This document shows, in pieces, positions 27,937 to 37,511 of a stretch of DNA of 64,000 nt. The notes below the pieces were generated by a model. The model was not told the origin of the DNA. It saw only the letters and a program-made list of their open reading frames with translations, and ran no database searches. The stretch is taken from the NCBI GenBank assembly GCA_018816885.1, contig JAHIUS010000021.1:39092-103091 (forward strand). The letters run 5' to 3'. A program made the position numbers and the translations under genes. Numbering within the stretch: position 1 is the first letter of the stretch; each line of letters opens with the position of its first letter. The DNA comes from Patescibacteria group bacterium (GTDB lineage Bacteria; Patescibacteriota; Gracilibacteria; UBA1369; UBA12470).

Positions 27937-28629
27937 TCAAAGCATAATCCGCCCCAAAACCGCAATAGGAGCCGTTTCAGTTCGCAGGATTCTTTTACCC
28001 AGATTAAAAAGATCCCCATCAAATTGAGCAGCCTCTTCTTCTGTTATTCCGCCCTCAGGCCCAATAAAAAGAGAAATTTCATCCCCAAACTGGATATCCG
28101 ACAAAGTTAGCTCGCATTCGCCTTCATAAGCCATAATTTTCAGACCGGGAGCTGTCGCAACAGCCTCTTCAAAAGAAACAATATTTCCAAGTTCGGGAAT
28201 CACGGTCCCGCCGCACTGCTCGCAAGCCTCGATCATAATATTCTGAAGTCGATCTTGCTTCGGTAATTCCTTGAATTTAGTTTCGGAGCGACTGAATTTA
28301 ACAGGATGAAAGCTCGCGACCCCCAGTTCGGTCCCTTTTTTCAAAACCTCCTCAAACTTGGCCATTTTATTCGGAACAGCTTGATAAAGATGAACCTTAA
28401 TCTTGCGCTCAGCATTGCCGGAAACAGCAGAAAGAACAGAAACAACTACTTGTTTCTTCTCGACATCTCGAATCTCGCACACGAATTCCAGATCGGACTG
28501 CCCATCGAAAAGAGCAATCTTATCTCCAACCTGCATCCGCAGCACACGCCCGATTTGATGAGCTTGTTGATCTGTTAATTCGACCTTTTGGCCGATTTTT
28601 AGTGATTTTTCCGTATAAAATCTATGCAT
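27937..28629 (-). CDS. rsmE: 16S rRNA m3U1498 methyltransferase
   Basis: H..RVLRM, TELGV, EACEQC, IGPEGG, LGKRILRTETA. Confidence 0.96.
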   Translation of the reverse strand: MHRFYTEKSLKIGQKVELTDQQAHQIGRVLRMQVGDKIALFDGQSDLEFVCEIRDVEKKQVVVSVLSAVSGNAERKIKVHLYQAVPNKMAKFEEVLKKGTELGVASFHPVKFSRSETKFKELPKQDRLQNIMIEACEQCGGTVIPELGNIVSFEEAVATAPGLKIMAYEGECELTLSDIQFGDEISLFIGPEGGITEEEAAQFDGDLFNLGKRILRTETAPIAVLGRIML

Positions 28630-30305
28630 TTTTGGCAGTTAAGAATATTTTCAGGCTGAAGCCAGCCTCGATGAGCCATAGCAATACCATACTCGATAAA
28701 TTCGAGATGTGAAGCGCTGTGTGAATCTGTCCCCAAAGAAACCATAACACCCATATCGCGCGCCGCCCGGAGATGCTTGGTATCAAGATCGAGCCGAAAT
28801 GGATTGCAGTTAAGCTCGATTGCAACTTGGGCCTTTTTGGCGGCGCGCATTACCTTTAATAAATCAACATCATAAGCCTCTCTCATACCTGTTAATTTGC
28901 CGGTAGGGTGGGCGAGAAGTGTCACAAATGGATTTTGAATCGCTTTAATGATCCGCGTAGTTTGTTCCTTCTCGGGGAGCTGAAAATACGTATGAACCGA
29001 AGCCACCACAATATCCAGTTTTTCAAGAATAGAATCCGGCATATCCAGACTTCCATCTTTAAGAATATCAACCTCACATCCCTTCAGAAGCCGAAAACCC
29101 TTAAACCCTTTATTCAATTTATCGATTTCCAAAAGCTGCTTTTCAAGCCTGGGAACCTCCATCCCATGAGCAACCTTAACAGATTGAGAATGATCGGTAA
29201 TCGCCAGATATTTGTACCCTCGAGCCTGTGCCGCTTCCGCCATTTCCGCAAGAGAACTCTTCCCGTCGCTCCAATCCGTATGCGAATGCAAATCTCCCTG
29301 GATATCCGACTCCTCAAGCGGTTTAAACCGAGGATTTTTCTTCATAAATTCAATCTCCCCGGTGTCCTCCCTCATCTCCGGAATTATGTAAGGCAGCCCG
29401 ATTTTTTTAAAAATCTCATCCTCCGTCTTCCCGGCAACGCTCTTTTTCCCCTTAAAAACTCCATACTCATTGATTTTCATGCCCTTCTTTTGAGCAATCT
29501 TACGAGTCGCGATATTATGAGCTTTTGAACCTGTAAAATAGTAAAGAGCCGCCCCGAAACTTTCCTCCGGAACAACTCTCAAATCAACCTGAATCCCACT
29601 TTCCAAAATAACAGTAGCCTTCGTATCGCCCTTAGCCTCGACGTGAGCAACCCCCGGCATATCACAGAAATCACCAATGATTTTAGGAGAACCGCAGGCC
29701 AAAATATCGATGTCGCCGATAGTCTCAAGACGCCGCCTCAAACTTCCGGCATAAGTAGCCTTTTTCACCTTTTTATTCACCTTTAAATAATCAATAATCC
29801 CCTCAGCGATGGAAAGAGCCTGGTACATCGGCATCCTCGCTGTCAGTCGCCCGTAAGACTCAATCGCGAGCAGGACATCATCCTCGCTTTTCTCTCCCAT
29901 ACCCGGCAATTCTCGAAGCAAACCCCGCTTGGCCGCATCCTTGAGTTTTACAACCGAATCAATCCCGAGTTCATCAAGAAATAACTTGGTCTTCTTAGGC
30001 CCGATCCCTCGCAGCCGCAAAATATCCAAAACACCTGGCTTAATCTTCCGAACAAGATCAACATGCTTCCGGCAGTCCCCGGTCTCAAAAATCTCAATAA
30101 TTTTCCCCATAAGCGCCTTCCCGATCCCCGGAATATCATCAAGTTTCTTCGGGTCATCCTCATAAATATCCCGCAAATGATAAGGATAAGTCTCAATCGT
30201 TTGCGAAGCCTGCCTATAAGCACGAATCTTGAAACGGCTATCGCCCAAAATCTCCAAAATATCGGAGGTTTCAGAGAATATTTTCGCTATCTTTTGATTT
30301 TCCAT
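28599..30305 (-). CDS. polX: DNA polymerase X with PHP 3'-5' exonuclease domain
   Basis: GSLRRRLETIGDIDIL, QVDLR, YFTGSK, DLHSHTDWSDG, ITDHS, GTDSH; ATG at 30305 preferred. Confidence 0.95.
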   Translation of the reverse strand: MENQKIAKIFSETSDILEILGDSRFKIRAYRQASQTIETYPYHLRDIYEDDPKKLDDIPGIGKALMGKIIEIFETGDCRKHVDLVRKIKPGVLDILRLRGIGPKKTKLFLDELGIDSVVKLKDAAKRGLLRELPGMGEKSEDDVLLAIESYGRLTARMPMYQALSIAEGIIDYLKVNKKVKKATYAGSLRRRLETIGDIDILACGSPKIIGDFCDMPGVAHVEAKGDTKATVILESGIQVDLRVVPEESFGAALYYFTGSKAHNIATRKIAQKKGMKINEYGVFKGKKSVAGKTEDEIFKKIGLPYIIPEMREDTGEIEFMKKNPRFKPLEESDIQGDLHSHTDWSDGKSSLAEMAEAAQARGYKYLAITDHSQSVKVAHGMEVPRLEKQLLEIDKLNKGFKGFRLLKGCEVDILKDGSLDMPDSILEKLDIVVASVHTYFQLPEKEQTTRIIKAIQNPFVTLLAHPTGKLTGMREAYDVDLLKVMRAAKKAQVAIELNCNPFRLDLDTKHLRAARDMGVMVSLGTDSHSASHLEFIEYGIAMAHRGWLQPENILNCQKCIDFIRKNH

Positions 30306-30386
30306 GATTAAAGTATAACGCGAAATTTCTTGCAAATCATCAGAAAATAAGAGAAAATACTCTCCTGACTTTTAACAAACAAAACT

Positions 30387-31076
30387 ATGAAACTTGGAAG
30401 AGCTCGCGAAATTAACAGTAGCCTACTCGTCATTGATAACGCCAACCTATCTGGAATTGTTAATGGTGAAGAAAACTCCGACCTCGCTCAACTTGATGGG
30501 GCAGACGGTTTAAGATTTAGAGAAAAAGATGGAATGACTGAAATAAGACCAGTTGTAGCAGAAGCATTAAGAAGAATGGAAGAACTGGATATTTCATTAG
30601 CATCTCGTGACAGAACAGAGGTTATAGAAGATCAATATAGTGATTGGATACTCAAAGCATTAGATTTAATGGAGAGAACGGATGTCCAGTCGCTTCTTAA
30701 AAAAGGCCCGGATCCGGAAAATAATACAAGAACTAAACATGTATCACACCAAATTCAATTAGCCCATCATCTACGAGTCAAAAGGAGGTTAAGCGCCTTT
30801 TTCAGATGGAAAATAGCAATAAATTTAAAAATGAATAAATGGATGCAAGGATTGGCAGGTTTTCCGGAATTTAGCCAAATCGAAGAGTTGCGAGATTTCC
30901 CTGAATTTAGATCAACGGATACTCTGGAGGACATCAAGAAATTCGCAATAGAATGCTTGAAAGAAACAATGAAAGGGTCAGAAGAAGAGGTAGCATTTGC
31001 AGCAAAATGTATAGAATTAGGTTTCACCGAAATCGCGGAAATAACAGGTCTGTCATTGATGCATGCAGCGGAGTAA
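30387..31076 (+). CDS. Hypothetical protein
   Basis: 229-aa ORF filling the intergenic gap, A-rich upstream region. Confidence 0.65.
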   Translation: MKLGRAREINSSLLVIDNANLSGIVNGEENSDLAQLDGADGLRFREKDGMTEIRPVVAEALRRMEELDISLASRDRTEVIEDQYSDWILKALDLMERTDVQSLLKKGPDPENNTRTKHVSHQIQLAHHLRVKRRLSAFFRWKIAINLKMNKWMQGLAGFPEFSQIEELRDFPEFRSTDTLEDIKKFAIECLKETMKGSEEEVAFAAKCIELGFTEIAEITGLSLMHAAE

Positions 31077-31078
31077 TG

Positions 31079-31109
31079 AAGTCCCGAGCAGAAAACTTCG
31101 GGCTTTTAA
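31079..31109. terminator. Putative terminator between convergent genes
   Basis: AAGTCCCGAG-loop-TTCGGGCTTTT. Confidence 0.5.
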
Positions 31110-31161
31110 GCCTTGGGCAAATATTGTGCAATCCCATCGTCCCATTTGAAACATTCGAATT

Positions 31162-32526
31162 TCAAATTTCTTCCTCATATAGCACAGGTTCATCCGGATA
31201 ATCCCACCACCAAGACTGCATAACCTCGCTCGCCAAAGGCACAACAACATAATCATCGCTTCCGATAACAGGGAAAACATAGGCCGGAACATAAACCTCA
31301 AAACTTTCATAATCATCATAAACCCAGTGCTGCATATACTGCATAGAAGGAGTGTCCAGCTCAAGCACAGTGTTTTCATCATAAACCCAGTCATAACGAT
31401 ACCAGCCGTCAACACCGCCTTCTTCCGCAGCAGCCAAAATATCCTCAATACTCGCAGCTTCATAAGAAGAGCTTTCGTAAACATGAGATTTTATACCGTA
31501 AACATAAGACACCAGCATATCGGGAATATAAACGGTAGCCGTAATCCCCATCTTGCCACCCCACTCGGAATAGACATGCTTCCCATCGATTTCAAGAGGA
31601 TAAACAACATCCACATAATCAGGCACCCATCCATCATAGTAATAATATTCATCATCGTAATGATTGACCTCGGCTTCACCATGCCCCTGGAGAGAAATAC
31701 CGGTTTTATTGATAAAATCATCAGCCACGGCGATCAAAACATCATCAGGCGGCATGGAAGTCACGGACTCCCAATAATTCCACATATTGGGATCCCAATA
31801 ACTGATAGATATTTCACTATTTGCAAAGTCCGCATAGACCGAATAACCCTCTCCGGAAGGAGGTGAAAGCTGAATATTGGAAAGTTCAAAATCTCCAAGT
31901 TTAGAAAGATCCATAAGCCCGAAATCAATATCCGCAAACATACTTCCGAGCTGTTTAGACAGACTTGTATCTTTTTTTCTCTTCAAAACCTCTACCGAAT
32001 CGGCAGAAAATGTAAGCTCATCTCCAGCATAGGTGTAAGAGTAGTAGGGGTAATAGTAATCATCATAATAAGGTTCGATAGACGCATCTTCATCGGAAAC
32101 CGCAGCTTTTTCCTCAGAAATCATGCCTCCTCCTCGTCCCGCATCGGTACTCGACAAAGCCGCATCTTCCGCGGAAAACCCATCACCCGAAAGCGACCCA
32201 AAAGCATTTTCCGAGACAGATTCAATCTTAAACTCCCCAAAACTCACGATTGGCTTCTCCAGTCCGGCAAAATAAATAACCGGAACCATAATTACAGCGA
32301 AAACAGCCGCCCCCGCAAAAGCGAAAATCGGCCACTTAACCCGAGGCGCATCCTTTATCTCATCAATCCGCGCCCAAACCTTTTCCCTCAGCTCTGCCTT
32401 GAAGGATTCGCTCAGCTCAATATCGGGTTTAGCCACAAGCAGTTCCTTCAAGAGAACCTTCAGCACCTTCTCATGCTTTTTGAGCTCGGGATCGCTCGCA
32501 TACAGCTCTTCAAGTATTTTTTCCAT
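31162..32526 (-). CDS. Probable membrane anti-sigma factor with extracytoplasmic domain
   Basis: Directly follows the ECF sigma; short N-terminal domain (P..SESFKAELRE), TM helix, Tyr/acidic outer domain. Confidence 0.65.
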   Translation of the reverse strand: MEKILEELYASDPELKKHEKVLKVLLKELLVAKPDIELSESFKAELREKVWARIDEIKDAPRVKWPIFAFAGAAVFAVIMVPVIYFAGLEKPIVSFGEFKIESVSENAFGSLSGDGFSAEDAALSSTDAGRGGGMISEEKAAVSDEDASIEPYYDDYYYPYYSYTYAGDELTFSADSVEVLKRKKDTSLSKQLGSMFADIDFGLMDLSKLGDFELSNIQLSPPSGEGYSVYADFANSEISISYWDPNMWNYWESVTSMPPDDVLIAVADDFINKTGISLQGHGEAEVNHYDDEYYYYDGWVPDYVDVVYPLEIDGKHVYSEWGGKMGITATVYIPDMLVSYVYGIKSHVYESSSYEAASIEDILAAAEEGGVDGWYRYDWVYDENTVLELDTPSMQYMQHWVYDDYESFEVYVPAYVFPVIGSDDYVVVPLASEVMQSWWWDYPDEPVLYEEEI

Positions 32527-32530
32527 GATT

Positions 32531-33073
32531 TTATTTGATTAAAAAAATAAAAGATAAAATAAAAGTCAAAACGGTAATATGCTCCTGCAATTTCTTAACA
32601 GACCGTGACAAAATCATCTTGCAATTCGCCTCGCTCTTACCAATAATCTCGGCAATCTCCTTGAAACTTAAACCATCCCAAAGTCGCATAATAATAATCT
32701 CTTTCGCCTCAGGCTTCAGAATAGAAAGAGCTTCCTTAAACTTCTCAAAATCCAGCTTAATCGAAACCTCTTTTTCAATGTCTTCAGAGGAACTGACGGA
32801 AAAAGCCGCCTCCAGATCAACATGCTGCTTTTTACTCCTGTAAAAATCGGTCAAACTATTCCGCGCAATCCGATAAAGCCACCCTTGAAAAGATCCCTTC
32901 CCGGGACGGAAAGTATGGAACTTCTGAGCCGCCTTTAGAAAAGTCTGACTTGTAACCTCCTCGGAAGTGTTTTTATCCTGAGTCCGATAAAAAACGAAAT
33001 TATAGATCTTCGAAAAAAACTCATCATACATCTCGCCGAACTCCGAAAGATTTTGTGGGTTTTCATTCATCAT
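32531..33073 (-). CDS. ECF RNA polymerase sigma factor
   Basis: EEVTSQTFLKA, FQGWLYRIARN, GLSFKEIAEIIG HTH. Confidence 0.93.
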   Translation of the reverse strand: MMNENPQNLSEFGEMYDEFFSKIYNFVFYRTQDKNTSEEVTSQTFLKAAQKFHTFRPGKGSFQGWLYRIARNSLTDFYRSKKQHVDLEAAFSVSSSEDIEKEVSIKLDFEKFKEALSILKPEAKEIIIMRLWDGLSFKEIAEIIGKSEANCKMILSRSVKKLQEHITVLTFILSFIFLIK

Positions 33074-33084
33074 TCATCAATATA

Positions 33085-33110
33085 TACGGAAGTCACCGGA
33101 AAAAGTAACA
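33085..33110 (-). promoter_or_regulatory. Putative ECF autoregulatory promoter
   Basis: TGTTAC-N16-CGTA just upstream of the sigma gene, similar to the B. subtilis SigW-type TGAAAC-N16-CGTA. Confidence 0.55.
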
Positions 33111-33117
33111 GATTTCC

Positions 33118-33146
33118 TTGAAAAAACAGGAAAAACACTTTAAATT
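33118..33146 (+). promoter_or_regulatory. Putative sigma70 promoter of the tRNA-Gln locus
   Basis: TTGAAA-N17-TAAATT. Confidence 0.5.
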
Positions 33147-33166
33147 AACCGCGCAGTACAAGGTAA

Positions 33167-33243
33167 TGGGGCGTGGCCAATCGAAGATCCCGCCATGGCG
33201 GGAGTGGTAAGGCACTCCGCCAAGGCGGGGCATTCGGGGGTTC
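33167..33243 (+). pseudogene. Degenerate 5' copy of tRNA-Gln with palindromic insertions
   Basis: Matches tRNA nt 1-14, 15-26 and 41-55 exactly; 23-nt insert in the D-loop; anticodon arm replaced by a CCGCCAAGGCGG hairpin; ends in the T-loop. Confidence 0.85.
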
Positions 33244-33251
33244 AATAAGAT

Positions 33252-33516
33252 ATGTTTCATCTATATATATATATTACAAAGCGAAAAAGATAAGAGACTA
33301 TACATAGGTCAGACCAATAATTTGGAAGACAGATTGAAAAGACATAATACAGGTCAAGTAAAAGCAACTAGAAATAGAAAACCACTTAAGTTAATATATC
33401 ACAAGAAATATAAAAAAAGAGCTGAAGCAATGGAAATGGAAAAGTACCTTAAAAGATTGAAAGGCGGGAATGAGTTTAAAAGGCTCTTACATCAATGGGG
33501 CGTGGCCAAGTGGTAA
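33252..33516 (+). pseudogene. Small GIY-YIG endonuclease, frameshifted in a (TA)6 tract
   Basis: YILQS...LYIGQTNNLEDRLKRHN...AMEMEKYLK; the ATG at 33252 is out of frame; the stop lies inside the tRNA D-loop. Confidence 0.85.
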
Positions 33517-34310
33517 GGCACCTGGTTTTGGTCCAGGCATTCGGGGGTTCGAATCCCTCCGCCCCAGCCATCTCGGATATTGCGATTTTTCCGCGGATTT
33601 TTGGTATGGAATTTCCAGGCGGCAAGCCACTTTTTGCCGCCTGAGCTGAAAGTTCGAGCCGATTTTTTGCAAGAAGCTTCGCTTCTCTTCCAAATTTTCG
33701 GTGTTCGCTGCGCGAACGGCTTGGTGAGCCGATAAAATCCATTCTTTAAATGGTTCGAGCCAATTATTTCCCTTCCGCCCAAACTTGAGCTTTTCTTTTA
33801 GGTCTATCTTGGAATTTATGATTTTTTCTTTGGCTTTTGTATATTCTTCCTCGGATATTGTTTGGTCGAGGTATGCGTCTAAGAGTCGCATTTGTTTTTC
33901 TTCTATGGTTTTTAGTTCTTGCTTGAGGTTTTTGGCGGAAGGTTTAGCGGTTTGAGCTTTTTTATAATCCTTCTGCCATTCTCGGAGAAATTTGTCTTTT
34001 AAGTCATCGTTCAAAGCAACTTTTTGGAAAAGCTGATTGAGTTGTTCAGTTAGTGGTTGTTCTTCCAGATACTTTTGGTGACAAATAACATTCTTTTTAG
34101 TGCAGCGGTAATAGGTGTAAGTGCGGCCTGACTTCTTGATTTTCTTTTCCGCTGTTACGGAGCGGCCGCACTCACCGCAATTGAATGTTTTACGAAAAGC
34201 AAAAGCCAACTTTACTTTTGCTTTTCGTGGCTTACCTCTCTGCTCCATTACTCGCTGCACCTTGTCAAAAAGTCGCTTTGAAATAATTGGCTCGTGAGAA
34301 CCTTGATTAT
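33487..34310 (-). mobile_element. Remnant of a large serine recombinase (zinc-ribbon and coiled-coil part only)
   Basis: GSHEPIISKRLFDKVQ, CGECG...YYRC...C zinc ribbon, coiled coil; no N-terminal catalytic domain; C-terminus reads antisense through the tRNA. Confidence 0.85.
33496..33570 (+). tRNA. tRNA-Gln (TTG)
   Basis: Full cloverleaf: TGGGGCG/CGCCCCA acceptor stem, CCTGG-TT TTG GT-CCAGG anticodon arm, GTTCGAATC T-loop, encoded CCA. Confidence 0.97.
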
Positions 34311-34453
34311 TGTGAACAGGATACCTTGGCGATGGTGAAGATATTTGAGGTTTTGAAGGGGTTGTAGTTTTCGGGAATAATCCCCCTTCCTTGCGCTTCA
34401 AGGTTAAATGCGCTACTATCGACAGGTTAAGCGCTTAAAAAAACTGCAAAAAA

Positions 34454-35461
34454 ATGATTTTTGACGAAGGGGCGACTAAGAGACTTGGTATTGTTACCAG
34501 TCTTTTGGAATTGGATGAGCAAGATACTTTTTTTATGTTTGTGAATGAGGCTATTTCCAGAACTAATCTGGAAGTTTTTGTTTTTGATGCTGATGATTTG
34601 TCCAAGGACGATTCCGTATTCGCGAAGCGTATTGATAGACCTGTTACTTATGAAAAAAGGCGGGATCTTGGTGAGCGGAAGGTGATGATGGAAATCGATG
34701 ATTTTGATCTGGTTTTTTTGAAAAAAGATCCACCGATAGATGCATCTTATGAATATCTTTTGAAAACTCTTCTCAAAAAGGGGATTACTACTGTAAATCA
34801 TGCCGGTGGGGTTTTGAAAATGGGGACGAAATCTTATCTCGAGAATTTTCCTGAGCTGACACCGAAAACTTTTTATTCCAAAACGATTAAAAAGACTTTG
34901 GAATCTATTAAAAGTGTGGGGAATTCTATGATTAAAAAGAGCGACAGTTCCGGTGGGAGAGGAGTGAGGCATATCCGTTATAATTCGGGGAACTTTTATC
35001 GCTACAGGCATGGGAAAGAGATTTTGTTGTCCGAAGAAGAACTTTCGTTGATTATCAAAAAGTATTTAGAAGACTCTTTGGATAAAACTATATTGATAGT
35101 TGAGTATCTGCTGAGTGCGTCAAAAAGGGGTGATAAGAGGGTAGTGATTTTGGATGGAGAGATTCTTGGTTCTTATATCCGTTTGCCGGATGTTAAAACG
35201 GGGGTTTGTGATTGTTTGGACAATGGGGCGAAATTTTGTGATCCAAATGAAGCTGATCATGATATTACCAAAGTTCTCAGGCCTCACCTTAAAAATCATG
35301 GGATTGGTTTAGCCGCGTTGGATTTGTTGGTTGGCAAGGATGGGGTAGAGTACCTTTCTGAGATAAATGTTTTTAATCCGGGTTTTTGTAATCTTGATGT
35401 CGTGCATCCCGAACTGAATATTAAGAAAAAAATTGTTGATATGCTTTGCAGAAAATTGTGA
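34454..35461 (+). CDS. Glutathione synthetase (GshB)-like ATP-grasp ligase
   Basis: DLVFLKKDPP, SGGRGV, GDKRVVILDGE, EINV motifs. Confidence 0.8.
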   Translation: MIFDEGATKRLGIVTSLLELDEQDTFFMFVNEAISRTNLEVFVFDADDLSKDDSVFAKRIDRPVTYEKRRDLGERKVMMEIDDFDLVFLKKDPPIDASYEYLLKTLLKKGITTVNHAGGVLKMGTKSYLENFPELTPKTFYSKTIKKTLESIKSVGNSMIKKSDSSGGRGVRHIRYNSGNFYRYRHGKEILLSEEELSLIIKKYLEDSLDKTILIVEYLLSASKRGDKRVVILDGEILGSYIRLPDVKTGVCDCLDNGAKFCDPNEADHDITKVLRPHLKNHGIGLAALDLLVGKDGVEYLSEINVFNPGFCNLDVVHPELNIKKKIVDMLCRKL

Positions 35462-35527
35462 GAAATCCGTTAATGAGGCGAGGATTTCCCTATTGGGACG
35501 GAAATGATGGTAAAAGGGTGTTAGGGT

Positions 35528-37321
35528 TTACCCTTTCCTCTTCCTATCATTCTCTGTCAAATACTTCTTCCTCAAACGAACTTGTGTAGGGGTGATTTCG
35601 GCGTATTCGTCGCTTTTGATGTATTCGATTGCGCCTTCGAGGGTTATCGGGACGGTCGGGGTCAAGTTGAGGGCTTCGTCGGAGCCGGAAGCGCGGACAT
35701 TGGTCAGTTTTTTGTTTTTGGTTGGGTTAACTACCAGATCGGTTCCTTGGTTGTGCTCGCCTATTATCATTCCTTCATAGATTGCTGTGGCGGGTTTGAC
35801 GAAAAGAGGGCCTCTTTCCTGCAGTTTCCAAAGAGAATAAGCCATTGTAGAGCCTGTCTCGCCGGAGATCATCGAGCCGACGGTGCGTTTTTCGATTGGG
35901 CCGACATGAGGGGCGTAATGGTCGAATGAGTGGTAAAAAGTGCCTTCTCCTCTTGTGAGTAGCATAAATATGCTGCGAAATCCGAGAAGTCCTCGAGTTG
36001 GTACTTCGAATTCGAGCAGGGTGTTGCCGTTTTCGGACTTCATATCTTGCATAATGCCTTTTCTGCGGCCGAAAGCTTCTATTATTGAGCCTGCCATCTC
36101 GTCAGGGACATTTATTACGGCGTTTTCGATGGGTTCTTGTGTTTCTCCGTCAATTTTTCTCATAATTACTTCAGGTTGAGAGATTTGGAGTTCAAAGCCT
36201 TCACGTCTCATGGTTTCGATGAGTACTGCGATATGCATTTCTCCTCGACCGTAAACTTTCATGGCGTCGCTGTTTTCTACGGGTTCGATTTTTAGTCCTA
36301 CATTTGTTTCCAGCTCTTTTTCCAGTCGTTCTTTGATGTGTCTTCCCGTCACATATTTGCCTTCGCGTCCGGCGAAAGGGGAGTCGTTTACCATGAAATC
36401 GATAGCTAATGATGGGGGATCGACTTTGATTGCGGGAAGTGCCTCTGCGCTTGGGTCATCGGTGATGGTTTCGCCCACATAAATCTCCGGTAATCCGGCG
36501 ACTGCGATTATATCTCCCGCTCTTGCTTCTTGAATTTCGTATCTGTCCATTCCTTCAAAAGCGAATAATTTGCTTACTCGTCCGGATCGTTTTTCTCCGT
36601 TGGATTTGATTACCGTTACAGATTGGTTTGGTTTTAAAACTCCTTCATGAACTCTTCCGATTGCCATTCTTCCCAGGAAGTTATCGTATTTCAAGGTTGC
36701 GGGCTGCATTCTGAATGCTGCTTTTGTATTGCTTTCCGCAGGCACGACATTGTCAAAAATAAAATCGATTAAAGGTGTGATGTCTTTCTTTTCATCTTCG
36801 AGGTCTTTTATTGCTATTCCTTGTTTTGCAATCGCATAAATGTAAGGGAAATCCAATTGCTCATTAGTGGCTCCAAGAGTTGCGAACAGATCGAAAGTCA
36901 GATCAACAACTTCATCCGGTCTTGCCATCGGTTTGTCGATTTTATTCACAACAACAAGCACTTTGTGACCGAGTTCCAGGGATTTCTTGAGGACGAATTT
37001 GGTCTGAGGCATAGGGCCTTCAAATGCGTCTACCACCAGGATTACGGCATCCACTGTTCGCAGTACGCGCTCAACTTCCGATCCGAAGTCCGCATGGCCG
37101 GGAGTGTCGACGATGTTTATTTTTTTGCCTTTATGGGTAATGGCGGCGTTTTTGGCGTAAATCGTGATTCCACGCTCTTTTTCTTGGTCATTACTGTCCA
37201 TTGCTCTCTCATCCAGGCCTTTGTGTGTATCAAAGCCGTCGCTGGCTTTCAGAAGTGCGTCTACCAGAGTGGTTTTTCCGTGATCTACATGCGCTACAAT
37301 AGCAATGTTATATATGTCCAT
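35528..37321 (-). CDS. typA: Translational GTPase TypA/BipA
   Basis: [50 protein letters not shown]. Confidence 0.97.
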   Translation of the reverse strand: MDIYNIAIVAHVDHGKTTLVDALLKASDGFDTHKGLDERAMDSNDQEKERGITIYAKNAAITHKGKKINIVDTPGHADFGSEVERVLRTVDAVILVVDAFEGPMPQTKFVLKKSLELGHKVLVVVNKIDKPMARPDEVVDLTFDLFATLGATNEQLDFPYIYAIAKQGIAIKDLEDEKKDITPLIDFIFDNVVPAESNTKAAFRMQPATLKYDNFLGRMAIGRVHEGVLKPNQSVTVIKSNGEKRSGRVSKLFAFEGMDRYEIQEARAGDIIAVAGLPEIYVGETITDDPSAEALPAIKVDPPSLAIDFMVNDSPFAGREGKYVTGRHIKERLEKELETNVGLKIEPVENSDAMKVYGRGEMHIAVLIETMRREGFELQISQPEVIMRKIDGETQEPIENAVINVPDEMAGSIIEAFGRRKGIMQDMKSENGNTLLEFEVPTRGLLGFRSIFMLLTRGEGTFYHSFDHYAPHVGPIEKRTVGSMISGETGSTMAYSLWKLQERGPLFVKPATAIYEGMIIGEHNQGTDLVVNPTKNKKLTNVRASGSDEALNLTPTVPITLEGAIEYIKSDEYAEITPTQVRLRKKYLTENDRKRKG

Positions 37322-37511
37322 AATGGTTTTTGGGAATCAAAGCCCGGTGATTCTAGCCATGTTGATCTAATTTAGCAATCGATTTTCGGCAACTCTTGAC
37401 TAATTCATATTTTTATTATAAACTTCGCTAAGAAGTACCAGGTCACATAAACTTCCATAGGGATTAAAAAGGGAGTAAGTGCTCAGGCGCGATACTCTTA
37501 ATTTTTTTCCA

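Noticed and set aside
33167-33243. Functional intron-containing tRNA
   Set aside because: The anticodon is replaced rather than interrupted, the 3' acceptor strand is missing, and no group I/II intron features are seen.
34368-34398. Possible second att site (TTCGGG...AATCCCCCTTCC) resembling the tRNA 3' end
   Set aside because: Similarity is too short and gapped to distinguish from chance.
33074-35527. Canonical oriC at the skew switch
   Set aside because: No TTATCCACA-type box clusters or dnaA/dnaN seen; kept only as an open alternative.
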